NCBI GenBank assembly: GCA_963797975.1
Contig: CAWCRH010000003.1
Coordinates: 3,627-67,626 of the forward strand
Reading direction: 5' to 3'
DNA length: 64,000 nucleotides
Source: an uncultured Thermoplasmata archaeon
GTDB lineage: Archaea; Thermoplasmatota; Thermoplasmata; Lutacidiplasmatales; UBA184
The notes beneath the pieces are model-generated. The model ran no database searches. It saw only the letters and a program-made list of their open reading frames with translations, and was not told the origin of the DNA. The translations under genes were made by a program, and so were the position numbers. This document shows positions 1 to 10,770 of this stretch, one piece after another. Within the stretch, counting starts at the first letter, position 1. Every line of letters starts with the position of its first letter.

Positions 1-56
1 GCAAGGGCGGCTACGCCACGGGAGAATCCGAGGACACCATCGACCTCGTCCGGTAG
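1..56 (+). CDS. 3' end of an unidentified CDS (..KGGYATGESEDTIDLVR*), partial at the window edge
   Basis: Open frame from base 3 to TAG at 54-56. Too short to identify. Confidence 0.25.
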   Translation, partial: KGGYATGESEDTIDLVR

Positions 57-635
57 ACCCTAGGCGTGACGCCCCCGTACCTGCCCGCCCGCACGGACGG
101 GGTCCTCCTTCTACCGGCCCGCTCCCCAATCGCCGCCGGGGTACGAGGGACTCAGGTCGCGCGATCAAGCACGGCATGCGAGCGCCTATCGTCTGACCTT
201 GGGTTCGGAGGGCCACTGGACCCCTCTCGCACCTGGGGTCTACCGATTCGAGAGGACGTGAACTGCCGATCCGAGCCATCAGTACCGTTGCCTGTCCGTG
301 CACGGAGCGTGGCATCCGCCCAACCGTCAGCTGGGCGAAGTCATGCCCGTCAAGTCCAGCCATCCCGGCTGTACCGTGAGTAAGCGAGGTCCAGGCGTTC
401 GCGCCCAGCCCCTACACGCATGGCCCGACCCGTCAGACAGGCCGTCCCTCTTGCATCGCCAGCAGAATCTCAACTTGGCCCGCCACCCCCTGCTACGTCA
501 CCACACGGGGGAGCTCTCGGTGGACGAGGTTCGCATACGCCGGCCCTGCTTGCTGGAGGACACGGTCGAGCCCACACGAGTCCGTGCCGAGGTTCATTCG
601 TGCGGGGGTCTCACGTAGACGACTGGTCCACAGCA

Positions 636-643
636 TTTAAATA
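636..643 (+). promoter_or_regulatory. TATA-box-like element TTTAAATA upstream of surface protein gene 1
   Basis: TTTAAATA lies about 55 nt upstream of the ATG at 697, with GAGGG (683-687) as a possible SD. The same octamer precedes the thermosome gene at 61295. Confidence 0.4.
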
Positions 644-696
644 GCGGAGTCAGGGTGAGACAATTCGGACCTCGACATCCTCGAGGGCTGAAAGCG

Positions 697-3600
697 ATGA
701 CGAACAAAGCAAAGGGACTAGGCACACTCGTCTTGACAGTGATTGTAGCGACGTTGATGTTGACGTCGGTGGCGCTGGTAATGGCGCCGGCGGCGTCAGG
801 ATCGGCGGCCTCCGTAGCGGGGCCGAATGTGCCCCATGCGGCTCTACCGCCTCCAGTCACGCCTACGCAGGTATTCTATACGAACCCGACAACCTTCTCC
901 GCTGGCGTGCCGACCGTCTCGTTCGCGTACAGTAATGTTGGCCCGTACACAACCGGGACCACCGTTAACTTCTGGCTTAGCACCACCGTCTACTCGACGG
1001 GGGTCGTCGGTTCGTCGATCGGAGCCACGCCTATCGAGGCCGGGACAAACGACCTCACCAACGTCCTGTCGCTCACGATTGCATCGGGAACGGCAGCGGG
1101 CGGCTACTACATCCTGTCCAACACCGTGTCAGTGCCGACGTCCTATCAACTCGGGCCCGCGATCAACGTTACGACCTTGACCCCGAGCTTTGCGCTAACC
1201 TCCCCAAGTGCCCCTGGTTCCGCCGTCGGCCTAACTGGCTCCGGGTGGGACCCTACCGTGACCGTGACGTTCACGATCGGCTGGCCGAACGTCGGGATTC
1301 CGGGTGCGGGAGGCTTCCGTCCTCCAGTGCCCATGGCCAACATCATCGGAACGGCCGTGACGGACGCGACCGGTGTGTTCGCTCCGGGAAGCTCACTTAC
1401 CCTGCCCCCCTACATGGCGGCCGGGAACTACGTGATCGTTGGCCAGGAGACCAGTCCGGCCTCCGCGCCTAACTTCCCGATCACAGCAGACTTTACCCTG
1501 ACCATCCAGGCCGGGATAGGGACCTGCCAGGTGGGATTCCCTGCTTTCGAAGCCTGCAGTGGCAGCCCCGCCTCCGCCTTCATCGGCGAGGTGGCCAGCG
1601 TCAGCGGGCTACTCCACTCTACCTTCACGCTTTCCGGTAGCGGCTTCGCCGCCGGTGCAACCCTCTCATCGGTAACCGTAGCCGGTGTGGCGACGACGTT
1701 CTCGCCCGCGGTCACCGATGTGAGCGCGAACGGAGCGTTCAACGTAACGGTCTCTCTCTCCTCTGCGATCGCGACTCAAGGGCCCGCAACCATCGTTGTG
1801 ACGACGAGCCCAGCCTCATCGCCGTCCTCCTTCCCGGACGCCATCGTGGTGTCGACGCCCGGGTCGGAACGACGCTGCTGGCCATCGACGAGATCAGTGG
1901 CGTATCCAGCGGCATGGTTGGCGACCCCCTGATGTATCAGGGATGGGGATTCGCGGCTTCCACCGATGGAACCGTCTACTTCAACGGCGTGGCAACGTAC
2001 GAATCGACGGACCCGAACGGCTACTTCATCGATATCTTTGAGGCCGTACCGGTGCTGCCGACGGGGACGTACGACGTGTTCGCCGTTTTCAATGGAGCAA
2101 TTTACACCGTGGCGGCGACGACGTTCGCCGTATCTCCGCTGAACGAGATCTGGGACGGCACTTTCTTCGAGGCGCTCAGCGGCGACTACGTGGCCCTCAG
2201 TTCCAGTGAGGTTATCGTTGCCCTTAGCGGCCTCGCACCGTTCCAATCGGTGGACGCGGTCGACTCCGGGCTTCTCTCCCTCGGGTACGGAACGGGCTCA
2301 GTAGCCGCTCTCTGCGGTGCAGGGATAATTGGTTGCGGCCCCATCCTCGGGAACTTCGACGGGGTGGAGTTCCAGGCAGACGCCGCAGGAGCTGCGATCT
2401 TCTGGTACTATACTGCCTACGACCCGACCCTCCCAACGGGAACCTCCGAGACCGTGACAGGGGTTGCTTCCCCCTCGGGCGCGCCGCTTCCCGGTGCGAC
2501 CGCGACGTACTACACGGTAGGCTCTCCGACGGTGCCTCTCCTGTCTTCGTACGCGCCGGGGCCGCGCAACACGGTTTCTCTTACGATTGGTAACCTCGTT
2601 CCTGACGGGGCCACGATGGCCAACGGGGCTGTTGGCTACGCCGGACCATTCGGGATCGAGATCGGGCGCGAGCCAGTGACCTTCTCGACAGGGAAGCTCT
2701 ACTTCCGGAGCTCAGCCACAGGGACGGCAACGGTGTCGTTCGCCAACCCGCAGACGAGCGGTGGGTTCGCGACGTTCGACCTTTATGGGGACGTCTCTAC
2801 AGTAACGGGAGCCCCAACCGGGTCTTCCTGGTGGTTGTTCGACAGCCCGGTGTTCGTCACAAGCCTTGCGAGCAGCGGGACCAACAACATCGGGACCGTA
2901 GACGCCCTCAGCGTGAGTCTAGGCGGATCCGGCACCAGTGGCAGCCCATGGATGTTCTATCCAGACCCGTCCTGCCAGGTCTCCGACCAGCTCAACTACT
3001 ATCCGACGGACTACATCGGGCTGTCGGTCTACGGGGCAACGTTCGCCTTCTGGGGTCTTCCCGCGTCCACGACCGTGACCGCGACTTGGGGAACTTCGGG
3101 AGGAATGGCTTCGGCGACGTTCACGACGGACGCTAACGGAGCTGCGGTCTACACCGTCTGCCCTCCGGACACCGCGTCCAACGTGCCGGCCCCGATCGTC
3201 TACTCGCTCGTGTTCTCCTCAGGAGCGATGGTCTTCTCGGGGGCTACGACCTACTACTGGGACCTGGTTACGCAGGCATCCTACCTTCCGGCACCGTTCG
3301 CGCTGAACGGCGGCTCTCCCGTGACCGACTACACCTACTGGACTGGAGGGGCCGCGTTCGTCGGGACCAGTGTAACGGTCTACCTGAACAGCTTCCTGCC
3401 CACATCGCCGGTCTTCCTCGTGGCCACACCGACGGATGTCGCGCCCGTCTACACCGGGTCCTGCGATTACGTCGGCCCGTGCATGGGTCTGGTCGCGAAC
3501 AACGCGACGGATTCACACGGGGACACGTCGCTCACGTTCAACGTTCCGGCGACCCTCGCCGGCGCGCCCGTGATGACGGGGTCCTACTATCTCTGGGTGG

Positions 3601-4922
3601 TCCAGGAGCAGTTCAACGATGGCGTCGGGCCCTTTGTCGCGTCCGGGCCCCTCACGCTCGAGGTCGTCCAGCAGGTCTTCGCGTTCCCCGGTCAGCTCAT
3701 TCAGTGGACCTGGACGCCGGACTCCCCGCGTGACCTGCCGCTCAACAGCCTCGCGTTCACGGTAACGGTGCTCCTAAACGGGACGCCGTACGTGACCGAG
3801 CAGGGAATGGAGAACCCCTCGGAGACGTCCATCATCGGAAGTTTCACCATGCCGAACGCCGCGGTCGGATCCTGGTGGTGGCTCACCCTGAACTGGACGC
3901 AAACCGGCACCGGCTACACGAACTATGCCTACTATAACGAGCCGGCGTCCGAAGCCGTCTGGCTGCAGCTAGTCGAAGGAAACGGCGCACTGCTTACCGG
4001 GGTCTCCCCAGGGCAGATCGCTCAGATCACGACGGCCATCAACCAGACGTTGACGGTGCCGATCGCGGAGCTTAACGCCGCGGTCGTGAGCATCAACAAC
4101 GCGGTCGTAGAGATCACGACCCAGTTCGGGATGATGACGACGACCCTGAATGCGATCAACGCGACCGTCAGCTCTAGCGCGAGCGGCATCGCGAACATCG
4201 AGAACGGGATCGTCACGATCACGACCACGCTTGGCACGGTGACGGCAGCCCTGTCGGCCCTCGGGGCGACGGTGTCCGAGATAGGGAACACGGTGATCGT
4301 CCTGAACACCTCGCTCGGTCAGGTGCAGACAACCCTCACTGCGATCAACGCGCAGCTCGTGGGGATCACGAATGGGGTCGCCACGCTGACGACCGACGTA
4401 GGTCAGATCCAGACGAGCCTGGCCTCGATCGGAGCCCAGTTGACGTCGGTCGCGGGCACGGTTGCCGAGATCAGCTCGACGCTCGGGACGTTCTCGGCGC
4501 CGCTCAGTGCGCTCGACGCGACCGTGGTGAGTTCCGCTCCCACGACCGTGGTAGGTGCACTCGTACAGGTCCTGACGGACCTCGGCGCGCTGAACGGAAC
4601 GGTGATCGCGATCAGTGGCAACATCGCGACGATCCAGACGCAACTGGGAACGCTGCAGACCTCGGTCAACGCGATTCCTACGAGCACGCCTAGTCAGGGC
4701 TCGGTGAACATGCTGACCTACCTGATTTACGCTCTGATCGCCCTCGCGGTGATCATCATCATCCTCATCATCGTCGGCATGGCGATGATGGGGCGGCAGC
4801 AACCTCCGGCGGCCCCTCTGAAGCCGTACAAGAATGTTGAGGAAGGCGGCGTCGCGGTTCCCGAGGGCAAGGGATCGACCTCCCCAGGCGGCCCGAGCTC
4901 TCCAGGCGACAAGAACCCCTAG
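697..4922 (+). CDS. Giant cell-surface protein, paralogue 1: signal peptide, T/S/V/G-rich ectodomain, about 250-aa heptad-like stalk, C-terminal TM anchor. One frame break near 1858-1863.
   Basis: ORF fragments are 655-1932 and 1914-4922. The N-terminus MTNKAKGLGTLVLTVIVATLMLTSVALVMAPAASG is signal-like. The stalk spans about 3960-4700 (TTLNAINATV.., many N-x-S/T sequons). The TM segment LIYALIALAVIIIILIIVGMAMM spans about 4715-4790. Frame 0 is open from at least 1800 and reads ..GTTLLAIDEISGVSSGMVGDP.., which aligns to a continuous stretch of paralogue 2. Confidence 0.75.
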
Positions 4923-4970
4923 GAGCCTGTAGCGCAGCTCCGTTCGGTTACGGAGTGCCATTACCCAACC

Positions 4971-4992
4971 TTTTCCCCCCTTTCGCTTCTTG
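4971..4992 (+). terminator. Possible oligo-T terminator after surface protein gene 1
   Basis: TTTTCCCCCCTTTCGCTTCTTG lies 50 nt after the stop codon. Archaeal terminators are T-runs. Weak call. Confidence 0.25.
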
Positions 4993-5401
4993 TGAGCCTC
5001 CCGGCGAGTGTAACGGGGCTCCAGCCCACTCCTGGGCCATCACCGGGCCCCCCGCCACCCCCTACCTAATCTTGCTCGGGTCCCCTGTAATCTCCAGCCG
5101 TAGAGCCCGGCTGTGCGTCCCGGGCTATCCTGAGAAGAGTGACGGGCCGCCTCTTTGATCCGGCTAATGAGAGGAGGGAAGGGGGGACAGGCTCCCAACG
5201 GGGTAGACGGGGTCGTCCCCATCTCAGATAGAGCCTGGCCCCTCGAGCCTTCAACGGACAGCGAGCGGCGAGCGTAACGCCGTTCACGAAGGGCATGGAG
5301 CGGAACTCTGAGCTGAGAGCTCGGGGCCGCTCCCGCTCCAGGTCAGGGCCGCTACCAGTTGTTCATCATGCTTAAGACCTCTAACCCTCCTCATTACTGT
5401 C

Positions 5402-8400
5402 GTGATCGCAACTGCCGGGCCCAAGCGAATGCGAGTGATCCTCGTGAGCGTCGTTGCTCTCCTTCTCGTGCTCTCGACGGCGGGGCTCCTTCTTGGATCG
5501 GTCTCGGCCCCGAATACCGGGACCCAGTACGCGTCCAGCGCCCACCCCACCGCGCCCTTGGCCCCCATCCCGGCCTCCGGGACGATCGCTCTCACCCCGT
5601 CGGTCTTCGTCGATGTAAACACCCTTGTAACCCCGAGTGGCGGGACGTTCGGCGCCGGTGCTACCGTCCGCTTCTGCATCGGCTCGTCGGTCGCGGGTCC
5701 GTGGGCCGCGACGCTGGGAAGCGTCGCCCTGCCCGCCGGACAGGTGACGCTCGCCTCGCCCACCCAGGTCCAGGTCACTTTTTCAGGCGCCACGATGAAT
5801 GCGTTCCTGGCGTCTTCGACCAGCGCGACCGGCTTCGTGGCGGCGATGGACTCCGCGTTGGGGTGTGGAGGCAGTGGCGCGACGTACGCCGGGCCGGCCT
5901 CTGTGAATGTCTTCTCGAGCTCCGTGGTCAACCCGCAACTCGCCATCTCCCCCTCCCCCGTGCTCCCCCACAGCTCGGCGAGCGTGACGCTCTCGAGCGG
6001 GGCGTTCGACCCGAACGCCACGCTGACGCTCTACCTGGGCTACCCGGCGAGCTCCTCGGTGCTCGCTACCTATACCCTGACGGCCGCCGGTCAATTTCCG
6101 GCAGGCGCCGGGTTCACCGTTCCGTCCTACCTCGCCCAGGGAAGTGTCGCTGTGGTCGCCCAAGAGACCTCGGGCCCTGGCGGGTCCGTTCTCGTCGGGC
6201 TGACCTCGGACGGCTCCATGACGATCGCCCCCACCGTTTCGGTCTCTCCGTTCGTCATCAATGGCGCGCTCGGCGCCTCGCTCGCGATCTCGGGACTCGG
6301 TTTCGTGGCCGGTTCCACGATCGCGGCCAACACGATCACCGCCGGAGGCGTCGGAACGCACAACCCCTCCATCACGGTTTCCTCGGCCGGGGCGTTCAAC
6401 GTGAGCGTGACGCTCGCGAGTGCGATCTCCTCTCCCGGAGGCCCGGAATCTGTTTCCGTGCCGACCACTCCCGTCTCGTCGATCTCGGTTTTCCCGTCGG
6501 CGTTCTTCGTCTCCAACCCGAACCCGGGCAACCTCCGCTTCAGCTTCTCCCCGAGCGGACTCACGCCGAATCAAGCTGTGAGCGCTGAGGCCTGGAACTT
6601 CCCGGCCGATGCTTCGGTGACGGTCCTGGTGGGCTCCACGATGGTGGGCACGGCGAGCGCTAACGCGCTCGGCTACGCGGCCCTCCCTTCGGGCACGCTT
6701 CTTCCCGGAATCCCGGCTGGCTCCTGATGATGCGGTCGCCCAGGACGCCGCCGTCGGGCTCTACTCCCCTCCGGTCGGCGTCACGGTCAATTCCGTGACG
6801 ACCGCGGACACCTCGGGAGCGCCCCTGGCGGGGGAGTTCCTGCCCTCGGGTGGGACGATCACCGTCGTGTCCTACGGCCTGACCCCGGCGACCCTGTATT
6901 CGTTCCAGGATTCCGCTCTTGCGGGCTCGATCGGCGCGGCCTACGAGAACGGATACGCGAACCTCAAGGTGGTCCTGGGGAGCTTCGACACCCTCTCAGG
7001 TGAGTTCCTGGCCGCGTCGAACGGGACGCTCGTGTTCAGCTACGCTCCGCTCTACGCTCTCCTTCCGGTTCCCCCGACCACCGGTACGGTCTCCTCGGTC
7101 TCCATCGGGAGGCTCGCCATCGATACCTACCTCACCGTGGGCCTGCCGACCCTCGGCCCGTCCGCCTTCTCGGCCTACGCGGGCGGCGCGAGCGTCACGT
7201 TCTCGGTATCGGGGCTCATCCCAACGGGCTCGGCCATCTATGCCGGGGTCCCGGTCATCTCCACCTACTACACCCTCTACCTCGAGGGAAGCCCGATCGC
7301 GGGGACCGGGTCGAGCAGCTGTCTTCCGAGCTCCCCCACGACCTGCTTCGCCCCGAGAGGCAGCCTTGTGATCACGTTCACCACCCCGCACACGACCGGC
7401 CTCGAGGAGTTCGCGATCGCCTACCTCGGCGCCTCGCCCTCGAGCGCCCTCGCCCAGGTCCCGATCCTTATCTCGGTACCCGGGGCTACGGTCAACTCCG
7501 GAACGCTGACCGTCGCGACCAACCCGTCCACGGGAGCGCTGACGGCAATCGGCGCTGGCCTCATCGCCACCGCGTCGGTCTACGACCTCAACGTCTCTAC
7601 CTCGTTGGGCGTCGTCACTTTGTCGGTCACCGTCGGCGCCTCCACCGGCGCGTTCGTTCAATCCCTGGCGGCGTTCACCGTTGAGCCGGCGGGCACCTAC
7701 GGACTCTACCTCTTCATCACGACGGCGTCCGGAGGCTCCGCGACCCTCTTCGCGTCCTACTCGGTCTCCGCGGCGCTCACGATCACCTCTCCCGCAAGCG
7801 CCCAGGGCCCGATCGGCAGCGCCGTGAGCGCAGCCGCGACGGGCCTCGCCGCGAGCGCCTACTACGACGTCTACTTTGGCTCGAACTACCTGAAGACGGT
7901 CCCGTCCTCGACCACGGGTTCGGCCAATGTGGCCGTGACGGTTCCGTTGGTTTCCCCCGGTGTGTACACGCTGGCGTTCGACCCGGCGGGCTCGCACCGG
8001 GTGGCCGTATCGACCGAGTTCACCGTCACCGCGAGCGCCACGCTGACGCTCTTCACGGGAGGGACCGACCAGTCCTTTGCGTTCCCTGGCGAACTCCTTG
8101 CCTACGCCTGGGCCCCCGTCCTGACCCCACCGAACGGTACCTTCGCTCCGGTCGAGGTCACGGTCTACCTCAACGGGACCCCGTACGTCACATCTCCGGG
8201 CGCATTCGCCGGCGGGTCGATCCGAGGGAGCTTTGCGATGCCGAACTCGTGTTCGGGCTCGGCGACCAGCTGCGCCGGCACCTACTGGCTGGTCACGCTC
8301 GGCTGGCAACAGACCAACGTCTCCAAGGGCAACAGCTACACGAGCAGCTACGTCGAGCCGAACAGCGGCGCCTCCTTCCTTCAGTTGGTCGAGGGCAACG

Positions 8401-9173
8401 GCGCGCTCCTGACCGGGATCTCGGCGGAGCAGATCGCAGAGATCACGACGGCGATCAACCAGACCCTTGGGGTACCGATCGCCGAGCTCCACGCGGCCGT
8501 CGTGAGCATCAACGACGGGCTCGTGAACCTCACCACAGCCTTCGGCAAGATGACGACGACGCTCAACGCGATCAACGCGACCGTGGGCACCCTGAACGCG
8601 AACGTGACGACCGGCTTCGGGACCGTCACCCTGGCGCTCGCGGAGGTCGAGAACGGGATCGTGGTGATCGACTCATCGATCGGCTCCGTGAATGCCTCCC
8701 TGAACGCGCTGGGCGCGCGGATCACATCCATCGAGGGTTCGCTCGCATCGGTCAACGCTACGGTGATCTCGGTCCAAACGGTCCTGGGGGTCGTGAACAC
8801 CACGTTGAAGGCGGTCGACGCGACGGTCACGAGCACGGCGACGAGCGTGAGCGGGCTCGTGGGCAGCGTCGCGACGATCCAGACCACACTCGGCACGATC
8901 ACCGGGCAGATCACCTCCGTCCAGAACGGCGTAGCGACGATCCAGACACAACTGGGGACCCTCGAGACGAACATCACGAACGTCAAGACGTCGGTCTCCA
9001 ATGCGCAGAATTCCCTCGAGACTGCGCTCTACTGGGAGATCGCGGCCGTGATCCTCCTGATCGTGACCCTCGCTCTCACCGCGGTCCTGCTCGGGCAAGC
9101 CCGGCGGCCCCCCCGCTCCCCGGCCCCTCCGTCCGGTTGGAAGGCGACCCCCCCGCCACCGGCCCAGGAATAG
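5402..9173 (+). CDS. Giant cell-surface protein, paralogue 2: signal/anchor peptide, ectodomain, heptad-like stalk, TM anchor. One frame break near 6725.
   Basis: ORF fragments are 5402-6727 and 6795-9173, and frame 0 is open from 6726. The N-terminus MRVILVSVVALLLVLSTAGLLLG is hydrophobic. The block FLQLVEGNGALLTGISAEQIAEITTAINQTLGVPIAELHAAVVSIN is shared with paralogue 1. The TM segment EIAAVILLIVTLALTAVLLG lies near 9040-9100. Confidence 0.75.
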
Positions 9174-9256
9174 GCCGGGACCCGGGCCATGACGTAGCCT
9201 CCCTCCCGCGCTCACCCCGGCCCGTGTCGTAGGCGGAGGGATTCAGCCGAGCCTGC

Positions 9257-9544
9257 TTACAGCCTAAGACCGTAGATCCCCAGGATCCGCTGGAAGCGCA
9301 TGGCCTCCTCGATGAAGTCCCGGCCCCGCTTCGTTAGGCGATAAGGGCTCGGTCCCGGCTTCATCGGCGGGTCCGCGACGACGAGCTCGATCAGCTGGCG
9401 ATGTTCGAGCTCGTCGATGAGGTCGACCATCCGGTTGTACGGGACGTTCACCCGGTGGGAGAGGGCGGCGGCCGTCACGTCGCCGTCGGCAATTCCCTGG
9501 AGGGCCTCCAAGACGATGGAGGTCTCGGTTCGGTATTTTCTCAT
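9257..9544 (-). CDS. Small winged-helix DNA-binding protein
   Basis: 95 aa. The pattern ..LSHRVNVPYNRMVDLIDELEHRQLIELV..YRLTKRGRDFIEE is typical of archaeal wHTH regulators. ATGA overlap with the upstream membrane-protein gene. Confidence 0.6.
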   Translation of the reverse strand: MRKYRTETSIVLEALQGIADGDVTAAALSHRVNVPYNRMVDLIDELEHRQLIELVVADPPMKPGPSPYRLTKRGRDFIEEAMRFQRILGIYGLRL

Positions 9545-10143
9545 ACACCGGGCCGGACGTGGCTCGTAGGTCGCAGGAGGAAGAGGGGCAGGAAGAACAG
9601 GGCCACCCCCACGTCCAGGAGGAGGTAGGAGATGGCCGTCAGATCGACGGTAATGCTCGCCAACGTGAGCATCGCGAGGACGACGGAGGCTCCGAAGACC
9701 ACGAACGCGACGAAGACGTAGATCGAGTAGCGCTCGCTCCGGCGCTGCCGAAGGATGATGATCGAGTTGTACACGAGGAAGTAGAGGGAAAAGAGGTAGG
9801 CGATGGTTCCGGCGATCGCGAGGGCCGGCACGACCGCCCAGACGATCTCCTTGCGGAAGTAATCGAGGTAGATCACGAAGAACGCGAGCGCCTCGGCGAT
9901 CGGGGCGGCCTCGGCGTAGATGGGGTCCGCGGAGCCGGCGACCAGGAGGGCGAAGGTCAGCGTGAAGAGCAGGTAGACCGCGGTGAGGCGCAACGGGACA
10001 CCCACCAGACGGAAGGCGCCGTAGAGCAGTACGCTCGCGAACCCCGAGATCGCGAGTCCTCCGATGGCGATGGAGAGCAGGATGGGGTCAACCATCACCC
10101 GCGAAGTGAGCGCCCGTATTTGGGGTGTAGGGAATGACGGCAC
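9541..10143 (-). CDS. Polytopic membrane protein (about 6 TM segments), function unknown
   Basis: 200-aa ORF made of hydrophobic segments. Translationally coupled (ATGA at 9541-9544) to the wHTH gene. The start codon is uncertain. Confidence 0.55.
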   Translation of the reverse strand: MPSFPTPQIRALTSRVMVDPILLSIAIGGLAISGFASVLLYGAFRLVGVPLRLTAVYLLFTLTFALLVAGSADPIYAEAAPIAEALAFFVIYLDYFRKEIVWAVVPALAIAGTIAYLFSLYFLVYNSIIILRQRRSERYSIYVFVAFVVFGASVVLAMLTLASITVDLTAISYLLLDVGVALFFLPLFLLRPTSHVRPGV

Positions 10144-10236
10144 CCAAGGCCCACGAGGCCGGTGAGCTCCGAACCCCCGATCGCGGCGGGGCGCTACACG
10201 ATCGTCGGCACCCGGGGTCGAAGAAAGGAGGGGACC

Positions 10237-10479
10237 TCAGAAGCTCGCCGGTCCGTTGCGCTCGAGGTAATCGGCCAGCTCGGTCCAGTTCCGCCGGTGC
10301 GCGTAGCGGATCAGATGACCGGGGTGGAAGTAGAGGCCAGCGACTTCGTCCCGGTCGGATTCTGGGACCAGGTCCGTCACGAAGACCACGGCCGGGCTAC
10401 CGCCGTCAAAGGGCCGGTTGCAGCCGAAGCAGTACGCCCCCTTGGGTGCCATGGCCGCGTGCTTGGAGAGCATCACCAA
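10237..10479 (-). CDS. Small hypothetical protein (80 aa)
   Basis: G/C-rich third codon positions and a balanced composition (..YCFGCNRPFDGGSPAVVFVTDLVPE..). No recognisable family. Confidence 0.4.
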   Translation of the reverse strand: MVMLSKHAAMAPKGAYCFGCNRPFDGGSPAVVFVTDLVPESDRDEVAGLYFHPGHLIRYAHRRNWTELADYLERNGPASF

Positions 10480-10740
10480 GGCAACACTCCTACGGTGTAC
10501 AAATCGGCTCTCCTCGATGCGCGCTCCCCCCCGAAGGAAGGATCCAGGTCATGGTTGGGACCGCCCAACCGGTCATCAACCCGAGCCGGCCAGTTCGGGC
10601 TCGCTGATCCCGGTCGGCTTTGCGAGAGGGCGAGGGATGGGGTCGACGTCCCATTCAACGCTCGGTCCGCACGCCCGAGCGGCGTACCGTTCCCCCCCAG
10701 GGCGCGTCCCTCGGGCAGGGGGGCGGCTTCGAGAAAGCTC

Positions 10741-10748
10741 TTTAATAG
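10741..10748 (+). promoter_or_regulatory. TATA-box-like TTTAATAG in front of the thermopsin-like gene (leaderless spacing)
   Basis: The element lies 23-30 nt upstream of the ATG at 10771. Confidence 0.4.
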
Positions 10749-10770
10749 GGAGACCAATCCCCCGACTACC

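Noticed and set aside
3969-4961. Long antisense ORFs: 3969-4961, 6996-8492, 16684-18108, 25883-27601, 34682-36217, 61102-62265 and many shorter ones.
   Set aside because: They lie opposite genes with clear family motifs. Their translations are Arg/Gly/Asp/Pro-rich with no motifs. Stop-free antisense frames of this kind are expected in DNA this GC-rich.
5101-5128. Hairpin AGCCCGG-N9-CCGGGCT in the spacer between the two surface genes, as a terminator or ncRNA.
   Set aside because: It is an isolated GC-rich stem without a following T-run, and such stems are common by chance in this composition. The oligo-T stretch at 4971-4992 is a better, though still weak, terminator candidate.
6725-6731. 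C-box-like TGATGA at the surface-gene junction, and ATGATGA at 61090, as C/D box sRNAs.
   Set aside because: No CUGA D box and no terminal stem lie within the expected 50-70 nt downstream.
1855-6797. Programmed ribosomal frameshifting or phase variation in the two surface-protein genes.
   Set aside because: The two breaks are at non-homologous positions and in opposite directions (-1 versus +1). Neither has a canonical slippery heptamer. Identical single-site breaks hit essential genes (thermosome, FtsY, KdpA) in the same window, so sequencing indels are the simpler explanation.
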